Assembly: GCA_010015805.1 (NCBI GenBank) | Contig: ML978124.1 | Location: 806,001-870,000, forward strand | DNA from: Rhizodiscina lignyota | Lineage: Eukaryota | Direction: 5' to 3' | Length of the DNA stretch: 64,000 nucleotides | Shown: positions 1 to 12,506 of the stretch, piece after piece | How the letters are laid out: each line of letters begins with the position of its first letter | Numbering within the stretch: position 1 is the stretch's first letter | Notes under the pieces: generated by a model | Seen by the model: only the letters and a program-made list of their open reading frames with translations | The model's database searches: none | What the model was told of the DNA's origin: nothing | Translations under genes and position numbers: made by a program

Positions 1-585
1 GTATTTATTCGTGTCTAACGCTCCACCGGGCCCTATAAACTTCTCCCACCATCCTTTTTGAGGATTTTCAGGAGTGCTGTGTGCGTGGGAGGAAGCGGAC
101 AAGCCAGTGTGGAGGAGGATCGCATTGCTACGCTCGGCGTTCAATGTTCCCCATGCTTCGTATGCAACATCATACGAAGGGAGAATACCGCCCCAATCGA
201 GGAGAAGAGGGTCCGAAGAACGGAATGTGAGATGTTTTCCGGATGTATACGAAGGCTCAGGGCCAGATAATGATCTTCGGGAGAGAGATGCGGAGCGCGA
301 CTCTACAGCGTCGAGGCATGGAAAGGATAGCGCGGGATTCGTCGAATCCACAGGAGGTTGTGATGGTTCATATTCCACAGCAGCTGCCGCTGCTTGCGCA
401 TTCCGCGGTGTCTGCTGATGTATTCGTCTCGCCGCTTGGGATGACTTTCGTCTGATGGGGCGGCCGGCGGAGGACGGCGAAGCGATGGTGAAGGGAGCGG
501 CGGCGGGGCGGGAGTTCTTGGAGGTGGAGCGGACGCATTGCCATGCAGGCCGTAGTATGGGCCCAATCGTCCGTGAGGCGCTCAT
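1..585 (-). CDS. cysA: Serine O-succinyl/acetyltransferase (homoserine O-acetyltransferase family, CysA/Cys2-like), 5' part; runs off the window
   Basis: Not in the ORF track (no stop inside the window). Manual translation from ATG 585: basic, Ser/Ala-rich presequence-like N-terminus, then [10 protein letters not shown]...[66 protein letters not shown], typical of fungal Cys2/CysA enzymes. Confidence 0.88.
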   Translation of the reverse strand, partial: MSASRTIGPILRPAWQCVRSTSKNSRPAAAPFTIASPSSAGRPIRRKSSQAARRIHQQTPRNAQAAAAAVEYEPSQPPVDSTNPALSFPCLDAVESRSASLSRRSLSGPEPSYTSGKHLTFRSSDPLLLDWGGILPSYDVAYEAWGTLNAERSNAILLHTGLSASSHAHSTPENPQKGWWEKFIGPGGALDTNKY

Positions 586-2183
586 TTTGAAGGCTATAAC
601 TGGGGTTAAGGTTATTGCATGGTGGTAGGAAATATATGTATCGTGATTGAGGTCGCCGAAGATGACAATTACCCCACGCCGCTTCTAATCAGTGCGTTGA
701 AAGGCCAATGCACAGCGGCGGGATTGCGTGATTGATGTCCGCTCCACCCTTTTCAACTCTCGGCGGAAGTCAAAGAACAGAGGATTCAATATCAACCCAT
801 ATATACAACAGACACTTCAAACCATATATTTAATTATACTGGGATCGTACTTCTCAGCGATCACGAGATAGAGCACGCTGCCTGTTTGATCTCCTTGTTC
901 ATGTCCCACGACGTTGAATCAGTCGACTGTTTTCCATAAAAGGGAATAACTAGGGCGTCTATGTAAGGCGTACTTGTCATATCAACTATCCTGCCATGTC
1001 CCGTGCGAGCCTGAGGAAGAGGGATCTGCAGCGGTTGAACGATTCGGCAACATTGCGTTTGAAAGTCCCAGGCCCTTGCGCAAAGCCTGTGACAGGCGAT
1101 CCTGAGCTGGTTGTTGCTGTACTTTCTCTACCATAACGAGCATCCCGCACAAGGCCATAGCCACTGTGGATATGATCTCCGTTGTGGGAGACTTGACGCC
1201 TCCCATTTACAGTACAATATCCCATAACATCTTGACGGGGCAAGCGTCGCAAGCCTACAAAGCATCACGATGCCGCACGTCAAGAAGTTCCACTTCTCTA
1301 AGCTCGTCGAGTGCTGCTATTGCGCCCATTGATACCTGCTAATTGCATGTGGTAAGTATTGTTTAAGCTCTATGATAAAAGTGTATCGAAACTCGTGGAG
1401 ATTTCCATTTGTGTGAGACCACGGTGGTCGCATAGACCACGACCAAAAAAGGTGCGAATGTCTGAACACGAGGGTTCAGAGACTCAGTGGCTATATATAC
1501 TCTGTCAATCCTAACAAAAGGATTGCAAAGCGTATTTATCCCATTTGTACAGACGCAGGGGTAGGCATGGTGTACGTTGGGGACATCGGCAGCCGTCGCT
1601 GCTTGTGGTTGTCCATTGGGCCCAAGAACTCTAGAACGAGGTCGAAGTGTCGTTCAATAGCTCCGCTGGGTAGTTGGCCAGCCAATGGCCCTCCGCCTCT
1701 CCCTATAAGTGTCAAGGGGCTGCGAATAAGCACCGGTACAGTCGTGTTGCTGTGTGATTCCGGTGCAGAGAAGTAGTCGCTACTTGAACGCTTCTCTGAC
1801 AACGCATTTGAACGCCGCGGGAGTCTCCACGCGAAGCTTGCGACTTGGAGTGGACTTTGAAATCCACGTGAAGAAGACTATACACAGTCCTATCGTTTCA
1901 TATATCGCAGATCGAGCAGGCAATCGTGCTGATTGGCCATAGCAGATATGACAAGTGTACTGGATGGTTGACTGGGCGTAGTGTTGCTCCAGCGAATTGA
2001 CGCTACCGGCAGTTTCTAGGTGCTATTTGATCTGTATCTCACTGTTCACCTCTTCCTCTCTGCTGGCGTTTTAGCTCTGCCTCTTGATCACGATTGGAAA
2101 TGAAAGGTGGTTGGAACAGATGAGAAGGTAGTTGTAGAATCTGATAGTAGATACTGTCTAAGCGGCAGAATTCTAGTTCATTT

Positions 2184-2900
2184 TAGTGTTTGACGTTGGT
2201 CGGAAGGATCTCGTGGTTGTAGCGGTCCCGCTCGAATGCTTCCAGAACGTAGGCAAGCCGCTTTTTAACCGCCCAGTTATTGAAGACGGTAAGAGAAAAG
2301 TAGAATTGTATCCCACACGCGACGATGGCGTTCCCCTTCGATGCTGTCTTTCTAGAATGTCTAAGGTCGCGTCAGGTTGATCTGGAGATGCTGTTTTCGG
2401 AAACGGAAGAAGAGATCCATTAGCTTCTTATTTCCTGAGAGGCGGGAGTCCGCAACCATCGTACTATGCCCCATACGTCTGCCCAAGGGCATGTCGTGTT
2501 TCAGTTCTGTCTACCACCTGAAGAAATTGTTTGTGCGCCTGTAGTCCTCTACCAGACCAGTTCGCTCATCGCGGCTGACGTAGTCGTAGAAGTGGCCGGC
2601 CACTGTGAGGAAATTAAAGATTTCGCGACGTGTAGCATGAGAGACGTGCAACAGGTTCAGGATGTTCTGGCGCTCCGTGCGGTTCATAGAAGGATCCAGA
2701 TCCACCTTCAAGTCAGTATCATCGTACACGAATTTATACATCTTACAGCGAATCTCTAAAGGAAGAGACATCAGCTGTGACGCAACTGCCGGTGTCAATG
2801 GATTGGATTCCGGCCGTGCAGGCGAGGATGATGCTTTGCAAAGGCAGTTAATAGCCAGTCAAAGGTCTGAGGCGCACGACATACCTTTTACGGCAAACAT
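2184..2900 (-). pseudogene. Possible decayed gene with F-box-like N-terminal motif
   Basis: ATG 2900, intron 2884-2834 (GTATGT..TATTAAC..AAG), then LMSLPLEIRCKMYKFV...LLHVSHATRRE, a pattern common in fungal F-box-like hypothetical proteins. In-frame TAG at 2513-2511 is followed by further coding-like text with more stops. Confidence 0.4.
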
Positions 2901-3282
2901 GAGCTCGAGGAATATGCCCAAGTCTGGCCTTTTCCTTCGGAGGTTCGCGTTGAGTGATTGTGGACGCAGTGTTGGACCAGGGCTTTGGTGTGAGAGTCGT
3001 TATTTCTAGGATGAATCTGTGATGATAGATTTGAAGAGTGGGAGTTTAACCTTATATAGCCCAGAGCTTTTGATGTAGGGGGACAGAACGTTGAACTGAG
3101 ACACGAATCGGGAAAAGCGCAGAAGAGAATAATCAGCGTCCACCTGTTTGGCACAGGAAACAAATCTGCACTCGAAGAGTCTCGTTAGATTAAAAGTACG
3201 TGCTGCGAACCAATTTATTGGCCTAAACTGCGGCCTTCGAGAAGATGCGGTACAACGGACTCGAGAGGAGATACTCTCACTT

Positions 3283-3814
3283 CTACGTAGCTCTTGTTCT
3301 TAACTGTACACCGTGCCATTTCTTGATGTCTTCCCCTAGCACCTCATTTACCAGTCTATGTTGCTTGATGACGGAAAGACCGTGGAATCTGGGGGACGCA
3401 ATGTCTATCGCATACATCGAACCGCAGCCACCACTGATATCTTGTACCTATACCGATGCCAACGCGTTAGTCTTTCAAAAGCATTCCCGATCGCAATCCA
3501 ACATATTGTGTCTTACGTACTTCAAGTGTCTCCGGGCTCAGACCTGCTTTGATCTTGTCGAATATGTCTCGCTCGCCCTCAGAGAGATAGTCGGGAGGTT
3601 CCGGTTCGGTTGCTGTCACGCTCGAGGTAGCAGCTTCGGTAGATTGGAAGCGCAAATGGCGGCGATGAAACGTGTTTGAACATGAAATAAGGCGGAAGTC
3701 ATGGTACTGAGACTTTCGTATACTGGACTGGAGGTTTACGCATGGTAGATATTGCGATGTTGGCCGCTTCAAAGCACCGCGGAGGAAGCGCAAGAGCGCT
3801 CTGGAGGGGACCAT
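3283..3814 (-). CDS. BOL3: Mitochondrial BolA-family protein (BolA3/Bol3/Aim1-like)
   Basis: Exons 3814-3521 and 3447-3283; intron GTACGT..CTAAC..TAG. Spliced product has an Arg-rich presequence, then LEVQDISGGCGSMYAIDIASPRFHGLSVIKQHRLVNEVLGEDIKKWHGVQLRT. Confidence 0.92.
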
Positions 3815-6800
3815 TGGTACACTGCATAGTTGTCGTTAGTACATAGTGGCGGCATGAGCATCATGCTCTTGTTGCAGCTTGCTCACCTCTCGAATCTCTT
3901 CACTCGATTGAGATAGCTCTACCGTCCGATCCAGCCAGTTCGTGATACCTTACCTTTCGTCATTAAGCGTCGGCCAATCAACGCCAAGGGCTTACAATCT
4001 GTAATCGGAAGCAATATCTATTTTCCGACTAAGTACCTCCGTACCTCCCCTCCTCATTCTTTCTTTTGACTCTCCGCACTTTCTGCACTCCGCAGTTAAC
4101 GTTACACATCAGCAGTCTGGGCATATCTTCAGGAAAGACTATGCTCACGCCATCAACAATGGCTACTGTCGGAGGCTGCACAATCCGACATGGCTCCCTC
4201 ACCAAGCTGCAGCAGGGTCCGAGAGAATCTGGGGTGAGGCTGAAGTACCGCCGAAGTACCTCCAAGTCTCGTCTTGAATCTCTTTCAAGTACCTCTGTAA
4301 CTCTTTCCTAATGGACGAAACTTCCCCGGACTCCGAAAAATTCTGATGCTTTAGCTTCCCCACCAGCTTCAATCCCTAGTCGTTGGCCAGACCGCATCCC
4401 CAAAGGTCCCATTATTCGAACTCTGCGGCTCTCCATACTGCGTTGACATCGAGACGGCTCATTTCACCCTTCCTAGGTGTGATCGACCTTCCTCCACGGG
4501 GAAATCAAAGCCTCTCCAGACGCCATCTCGCACATCAGTCGTGATATTCCTCGAGTATCTCAGTACCGTCGCTGATCCACGCACAGTCCAATTCACATGT
4601 CAAGCACCACGCAGGGCCATGCTTCCCTGCATAGCGGCTGGCTAGGTGGAGTCATCGCCGGAAACCTACAATTGGTTTAAGATGATCCTTCCTAACCTCT
4701 AAGCAGCACGGGCATCGATACACGAGCTCCTCCGGCAAAGATCAGCGCCACCACTGTGCAGTCTGGCTACTACTCTGCGGCGAGGAGTAGCTGGACCCTC
4801 TAAACGATGGCGCCACATTACGTCCCCAAGAGGCGCCGACATCGCAGTCAAGCTCCTTCTGTGGTAGTGTATAAAGTTTAAGATTGGCGGTGAGGAAGAC
4901 ATCGCCATTTTCCGACTTACGAGGTTTCCAAAAAGTTTGATTGATGAGACACGGGATGCGTTCGCCACAAGTGGTGTAATAGCGAGACCCGCAATACTGC
5001 TGTATCTCCGCGCGGAGGAGAGGCAGGGAGTGCGGAAAATTGCTTCCTAACAGTCAACGGATTCTGGAGATATTGTGGACCGCGGAGAATGTCTGTGGAC
5101 CCTTTGCCGCAGCCTCTACAATACCCTACCGCCGTAATGGCACTGCCAACGCCGAATTTGCATGTCTCCATTGCATGCTGTGGAGAACTCTTGTGGGTCC
5201 TCTACAGGCGTACATAATACTATCATTCCGCTCCTTGTTCTCAACGTCTTTAGCAGCGACGCCGCATACGGCGTACCTCCACCTCGAATGTTTGAGGCGA
5301 CAGGACAATGTCGAGGCACTGAATTTACAGCAACCATGAGCGGCAGGGACGGCTTCGCAATCTGCAGGGACTGAAATTCGTCATGGCCCAAAAGCTCCAA
5401 GCAAATCGCTTGCTAATACACAAAATTCCGCGTTGCTAAGTGGCTGTTATCAACTGCATGCTGCGATGCAAACGCAAGGCAACACACCACCTGCGAGCTT
5501 CTAGATAAGAGGTACCTCTGTACCTGACCCGAGCGCGCCGAGCTTCCTGCAAGCACGACCCTTGGCAACTGCTGGCGCAAGAATCCCAGTCCACTGCAGA
5601 AGATGAGGCTCGCTTCTGTCGCCAACCCTCGATCTCGCTCGCCAAAAGCGCTTCCCTTGCAACTCACGGCCCTGTTCTGCATGCCATAATGAAGGGCAAG
5701 ACGGCGCACTGTCCTCTCCGCACTGTAGCAATACTAATGCCGCTCGTAACCGCCGCCCGCCCTCCATGAAGCAGAAAATAGCTACAGCGGTACTGATACT
5801 GGCAGACGCGCAAATTTTGCTCACCTCATTTCGGGGAAAGCGTGCTAAGCACGCGTGTCTGGAGTGCGATTTCGTAATTCGTTGGCCGGCCCGCCACGGA
5901 GGGCGGGAGCTACGGCATTGGCGGCACGCGCGGAGATCAGGGTCTAGATTCCTGAATAGTGTCAAATAGTGGCTGTAAGTGCTGCATTAATAAGTTATGA
6001 GCGACTATTTCGGGCGGGAGGTCTGTGTTGAGCTGCGTCGTCGAATCTGTTTGTGATCGTCGCGAAGCGAGTGCACTTTCATTATGAGTGCGGGGCTCTT
6101 GGTGTTGCAGCACGGAGTTCTCTCGCAAAGTCGCTGCGGCGAGTCAGCGACGTGGGAGGGGCAGGCTGCGGCTGGATTACAGCCTGGATTACCAAGATGT
6201 GTGGGGTAGCCTGAGATAACAGAAACATGTGATAACGATTTTCAGGACAGACGGGACACCCAAACTTCACTCTTTGGATCGGCGACGTTGGGACGGGAGG
6301 GCACGTGGATCAAAGGGGTGCGCAATCGAGAGATGTTATACAGCATCGAGCAGAGAGTCGAATTATGACATTGAAGAAATCGTTCATCGAAAGCCCGTTT
6401 CCCAACAGCTTTTGAGCGACGCTGATCAGACGGGCGGCGTGCGGTCGCACAACATACGTGCAGAGAGCTCGAGATTCGACCCAAGCCCAGCAAAGCGTTC
6501 AAGCGATCATGCTGTGAAACCAAAAGTCCAACCCAACGCCCCAGAGGCCCTTCCCCAGATTTTTCTACTCCACCTCGCTGGCCTGCCGAGCATTATTGCG
6601 GAGGCGGAGGTAATATCGCCTTGGCACTGGCTGCCAAAGGCTTGCGCGACGCTCGCTTATTCGCCCTTTCGAGTGCATGTTCACGATCCTGCAAAGACCT
6701 TGGAAATTACCAGCACATACATACCATACGACGTGCGTACATGCGCTGCGGCGTCATTGCTCGCAGCTTTTGGCGAGAGTACGAAATCTTGGAAGCAGGA

Positions 6801-7326
6801 TGCGTCCTGTTTGCGGGGAAAGCTGCGAGCCTCGAGCGCCCTCGAAGCTAGCACGCGATAACGCGGGTATTGTTATCACCCGTACGGGGGTCGACGTCAG
6901 CGGGAAACAGGTGGTTGAATCTCCAGATCAGGCGAGTGGGTAATGCGATGGTGTGATATAGTGTGAGGCCGACAGGGCTCGAGATTACATGTGAGAGAGT
7001 GCGCTTCTCTTTTTGGACTGTTTGCTGGATTATTGAATGGAGCTCGTGGCGAGGTGCTTCTGTATACGAGACGGACAAGCGAGAAATGGCGAGAGGTGTC
7101 GCCTCTTGTCTTGAAGAGACTGCGAGGAGATACGAGATGAACACCACTAGGGTATCGAAAATAGGCGAAGTTATGAAAAGTCGACCAGTTTGAAAACAAT
7201 ACTGGAGGAAATAATGCAGTGTATACCTCCCTTGAAATAGATTGACTTTATGCTTGCTAGCGGTTCAGCGTTTGGTGGAATCTGTGGCTACTTCACATTA
7301 GCTCTTCAACAATAGTCGAAGCCATC

Positions 7327-7339
7327 CTCTCTCTCTCTG

Positions 7340-7370
<31 letters not shown>
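7327..7370. repeat. Imperfect (CT)n/(AG)n microsatellite, about 22 units
   Basis: Directly visible run with two interruptions. Confidence 0.95.
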
Positions 7371-10300
7371 ACGAGGCGAAGGCCAACCAGTCCCCGAAGA
7401 GACAGCGCTCCTCCCGCGAAAGGACAAGGTGTGTCGAAGAAATGGCTGCGGGATACTCTTTACTGAATATAATGCTGCACAAGCATTTATTTTTCTCGAT
7501 GCGCATCGGAGACTGAATCGGAGTATCAAAAACAAAGTCGAGCATCAAGCCCCTTGACGTCGAAGGTCCGCATCGGACATTTCCGACGTGAGCTTTTGCG
7601 ATATTCGTCCTCATCGCTGCCTCGTGACCCTTAAGTATCACATGGAGATTCCCAATCCATCTGAACATGCAGATGCCGAGAGCGGAGCGCGCGGTTATCG
7701 CAGCTGAGGCTCATTTGAAATGCACCCCGTTCGGCACCGTCGGAACGCATCGGTCCCCACATACGGCAGGATGTATGTACAACTGTACGTACCGGCTGTA
7801 AAGGAAGGAGAAGCAGGCCGGGCTTCGATGCGTCATCGTCCGCGTGCGTGGTGGCTGCGGGGTCATATGTTGTGCAACCTGAAAGAAGGAAAATGCTCCG
7901 TTATGCTCGATGCTAGAGTTTACTCCACAATGCTGTCAAGTCGCCGGCCATGCCTCGCGCATCTTGCATTGCGCGACGTCCCGCGGATCCTGGCGTGCAT
8001 CGCGAAACTGGTCCGTGGAACCGCTGGCAACTGCAGGAGGAATAAGCATTGGAGGGTTGGAGAGGGCGATGCGCTTATATCTGCGAGAGCGGTGCGCCGG
8101 TGGCCAATGGGGCAGGGTTCTTGGCTAACGTGTCTGGGAGCAGTGCTGATAAGTAGCGGACTCTTGCCCTGCTTCGCCCTCCTTGTAGGTCAGCTGCGTC
8201 GCTCTTGGCACTGAGATCGACAACTCTCTTTCCCATATCGAAGCGACACTCGCGAAGAAGGATCCTGTCGTTACGAAGGGTAAATACAAAACTCGGTGAT
8301 AGGGAAAGTGGCATCTGAGAAGAAGGCGGGCATCTTGAGGCAGGACAGCAAAGTCGAAGTTGAAAGCTGAGAGTCAGAGAGAGGGAGAGAGACATCGATG
8401 TTCTTCAAACTCTGCATCGTGGGATTCGTGTATGTACTCTGCGTTTCATTAATATGAACCTCTTCAGCGTTAGTTCGGCCACAGCCACGACTCCATGGCG
8501 ATTCTGAGACTCTTCTCCGCGATCGCAATTCGCTTGACGATACGAGAGAAGCAGGGTGAGAAAAATAAAAGGATCAGGCCGCCGGGGTGGTTTAATGCCC
8601 GTTGCTATTTCCAAGCTCCTGCTGACCGCGTGCGACGTAAGGCGTTTGCCGCGTTTTCTCCATAATATTACAGAAGCAGAGATCTGATGTGTGAAGGGCA
8701 TTTGAAAACTGCATTGTCAGAGACAGAGGGCAAGCAAAGAAACAAAATTGTTGAGATGTAAGGTACTTGATAAGGGCGGTCGCTTGTAGCGATCGCGAGG
8801 TCACTTGCCACTGCGCGCGTCCGTCCCGCTGCGCAAAGGTCATACGGAAAATAGTGCTCGCATCATCGACAAAGCAGCAGAATATTTTAGGAGCAAGCAG
8901 CAGAGTGGAAGGCGGGCGTCAATATAACCTCTTCGCCTTCAAGGGATCAGCAACGGGTACCTGAAGATTCATAAGTTGCTAAACGGGCCGTTGCGAGGAA
9001 TTGGCGATGAGCTTCAGAGATTCCTCACTGCGCTCGAGATCTCAGCGCAGAGTCGAATTGTGATGGTGTGGTGAATCGTCGATGTTTCCACAAATGCGGC
9101 TTAGATGCGAATGCGGGCGCCATGCGGCTCATAACTAGCCTCAGAGTGCCAAGCGCATGACGCGGCTGCTGATTTGCCAATGGCTCATCTGCCCCGCCAT
9201 CTCAGTCCAAAGTGGGCCGTAGCTCGCCTGCGGATTCAATAAGCGCCGGGATGTCAATTAATAGTGGATGTGTGGGGAGCAGCCGGCTGGGGATATCCTG
9301 GCAGGCGCGGGTGCTTTGACAGTGAGTGTGCTGGGATGCAGCGCGTGCTGGTGCGAGCCACAAGCCACAGGTTGGGGGTAGCGGAGGAGATTCGAGGACG
9401 GAGAGTTTCAGCTAATTTTAAAGAGCGGGAATGGCGACGCGACGGGTTATGGGATTGCATCTGGTCATGAAAATATTTTATGCGCCAGTTCAAGGGGCAG
9501 CTTGAGCGTCGCGGTACAAGACACGATGGCAGACAAGGAGCGAGGTGATTGGAAATCATGCTGTCGACAGATAGGAGTGAGTGAACAAGAGCCGAAAACT
9601 GGTTGGGAGAGCTGACTCGCCGACATCGCTCTTTCACCGTAATTGCATCGTCATCGACATGTTGAAGAATGCCCATTGCGTGCGGACGGACATCTTGTGA
9701 CCATCAAAACCAAGGTTTTACCCTAGCTTTTAGTCAAGACACGACTTACTATTCGAGTTGGCCAATTCTCTCTCCCCGCAAGGAGTGCAAAGGAAGAGGA
9801 GGTTCGGATGAAGCATCCGCAAACATTACTGCCGTCGGCCTCGATAACCTGAAGATGACAGCGCAGAGAGTGTTCGAGTCAGGCGCTTGCCTCTCGTGTC
9901 GACGGTTATTCGACTGAGCGAGATAGGGAGTTGAGGGAGGTTTCCCTTCAGAGTAAGGCGACGGCCGTCTTACGGTCGTGCATGCATTTTGCACGAGATC
10001 TTGTTTCGCTGCGCCCGTTTGGCGAGTGTGGGGTAACGATGGCAGCCCCTCTTCGCTTTTCGCGACTCTTGTAAGCTCCTATTCGGGCCCGCGCCCCTGC
10101 GCATCCACGGCAGCTAGCAGGTGCCTGTAGCAGGTTCTGCTTGACCTCGTCTGCGGAGAAACGAGGCCAAGGGCGAATAGTTTCAGGATTTTGCGGTGGG
10201 CAGTAAGAGACACAGAGCGAGTGCAAGTGCCGTGCAGATGACACACCTTCCTGAGAGTGAGTGATGATGAAAATGAGATGAAAACGGATGTGTGGCCATG

Positions 10301-12284
10301 GCGGAATGGACGATGAGGCGGATGGAGAATTTCACGATGCAGAATTGTGAGCGGATTTGTGCAATTGTCATTATTCGGCCGCTATCGTGAGCGGGTGCGA
10401 CTCCGAAAATGCGAACGCTCGTCTTTCGCTTGGGGTTAGCGCGAGCCGTGCGCGCAGAGTGTTTGTGGCGCATGAGGGCACAAGCCAGCAAGACGCGCGA
10501 GCACGCGTTGATTCGTCAATGGCACTGCCAGACCGCCTTTATGCTGGGTGTCCCGCTTAGAAATGCTGCCCGCAAGCGGAAGGCCAACCAAGGCTGAATG
10601 ACGCTGGATTGCGCAACAGCAGCTGCATATTGCGGTTTGAGAGATAGAGAGAGGGAGCAAGAGCGTTTGGATGGGCGCTGCAAGAGCGAAGACGAGGCAC
10701 GGGATGCAATTAGATTACTGTGAGGAAAAAACCGTCGTAAAGCAATACGGGTGGCGAGGGCGGCGAAGATAACGGGACTGGCGCTGCTGCCACTTACATC
10801 ATGCCTGCACGAGCGCATGTGTTGCATGCAAATATAAAGCTGCACAGCACCGGGCTAAAGCGCAGGCGAATGGCTGATGCGCACGCTGGATTCGGCGCTT
10901 GCGCGTTCGGGCCTGGTGAGGATGTACGAAATCAAGCCCATGAAAACGGCTTGTAAAATGGCATTGCTCCCAAACGTGCATCGCACCCGGCCTTCCGCAA
11001 GCGCACAAGTGCCTTTGCACGAGATTCGGAATAGCGCGCGCACGACTCAATCGCTACAGAGCAATCGCGATGGAGCAATCAGCACGCTGCATTCGTCCGG
11101 CGCGAGTCCGGCGAGCGTGAGCAGTCATGCGCTGTGGCGTGAGAGTCAAACGGTGTGACGGGCTGATAGTGATAGCGGAGAAATTCTCGGTGGCTTGGGT
11201 GGGAGCGTGGGAGGCTTTGGGGAGGGAGTTGGCGGGCAGCGAGCGGCTCGGCGAACGCTGCCAGAGCAAGGCATTTGCGTGATGGAAATGAACGATGATG
11301 ATGGAAGCGGAAGGCCCATCCAACGGGCAGCATCTGTACATAGCTTGCACTCGCCCTTGTACCTCGACGTACCGCTCGAGTACTGGCGCACGGCCGCCTG
11401 GCACTGCTTTGTTCCCACTTCCTTCCAAGAGCGAGTGCAGACGGCGCGCCACCAAAGAAAAAGGCTCCTGGCTCCAGACCATCCCCGCGAGCACTAGTCC
11501 TCCTCTAGCCACGATAGTAGCGATACTGTACCCACTCTGCAAGGCAGCGGCAAAGCAGCGGCAACGAGACTGCGCGCCCTGCCCATCTCGCATCCGTGGG
11601 CCGTCGAGCGAGCGCGCTGCGAGTGTTGGGACGCGATCATCTCAGATATCTCAGCACTGCAGAGCACCCCTGCACTCGGTGAATCAATGTATCAGGGCCT
11701 GCTGGAGGGCAATCAAGCTAAATCCACTCCCTGATCCTTGCCGCCTCTGGCTTGTCTGGATATCCGAACCGCCCCAATTACCTGCGATCCTCAACTGTTC
11801 GCCCACCGTCGCTCCATCCTCCGCCTCAACAGAGCGCTGCTCCCCTCACGCTTTTTTTCGGGGCCATACATATCAAAGAGAGCCTCCTCACGCGCACCAC
11901 CTCTCGCCGTCACATCGCTGCACCCTCTGAATTCCACGGGCAGGAACGGGCTGCCAAATACTGGCGGCGACCTTATCTAACTAAACAGGTGACAAAGCCT
12001 AATAGCGGGTACCTGTCCATCAGTCAAGCAGCAGCAGCGCCCATATACCGGATCCCACCGGCCCTGCCTGCCTCAGTAGACTCTTCGAGAGATCAGTTGC
12101 TGAGTGACTTGATTAATATCACCACTATCACCCCATTGTCGTCGTCCGGGCCGCAGACCTTGTCGTCGACGTCAACACCTACACGCTTTCACTAGCAGTG
12201 TCCCTCGACCATTCCTTGAGCCTCGTGCGCGGTGCAACTAGCGTCTCCGCGGCTCTAGGCGCTTGCTTTCAACACATCCTTCTG

Positions 12285-12418
12285 GTGAGTCGCCTCTTTC
12301 CTTTTCTGCCTGCAATTGCACGCTTCCCCAGACGCTCCTCCTGCGTGGCGTTCCTTCCTTTCAACGCGTTTCGAGAAATCGAGCTGACGATCGACCGGCG
12401 TCACGGTCCCTTCCACAG
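12285..12418 (+). other. Probable 5'-UTR intron of the Gac1-like gene
   Basis: GTGAGT donor, GCTGAC branch site and pyrimidine-rich CCACAG acceptor ending 88 nt before the ATG at 12507. Confidence 0.65.
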
Positions 12419-12506
12419 CACCCTAATACTTCAATAATCCTTTGTAATGCCCTCGACACCTTGAAGCATTCTCGACCGAGTATCCTTCATCCGCCTCGAC
12501 GAAGGA

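Noticed and set aside
4029..4650. Minus-strand coding-like stretch with several stops
   Set aside because: No recognisable family or splice model; cannot be distinguished from non-coding DNA.
6229..12195. Several 150-210 aa ORFs in the long intergenic region
   Set aside because: Mostly non-ATG starts, mutually overlapping, Arg/Ala/Cys-rich random composition and no domain motifs.
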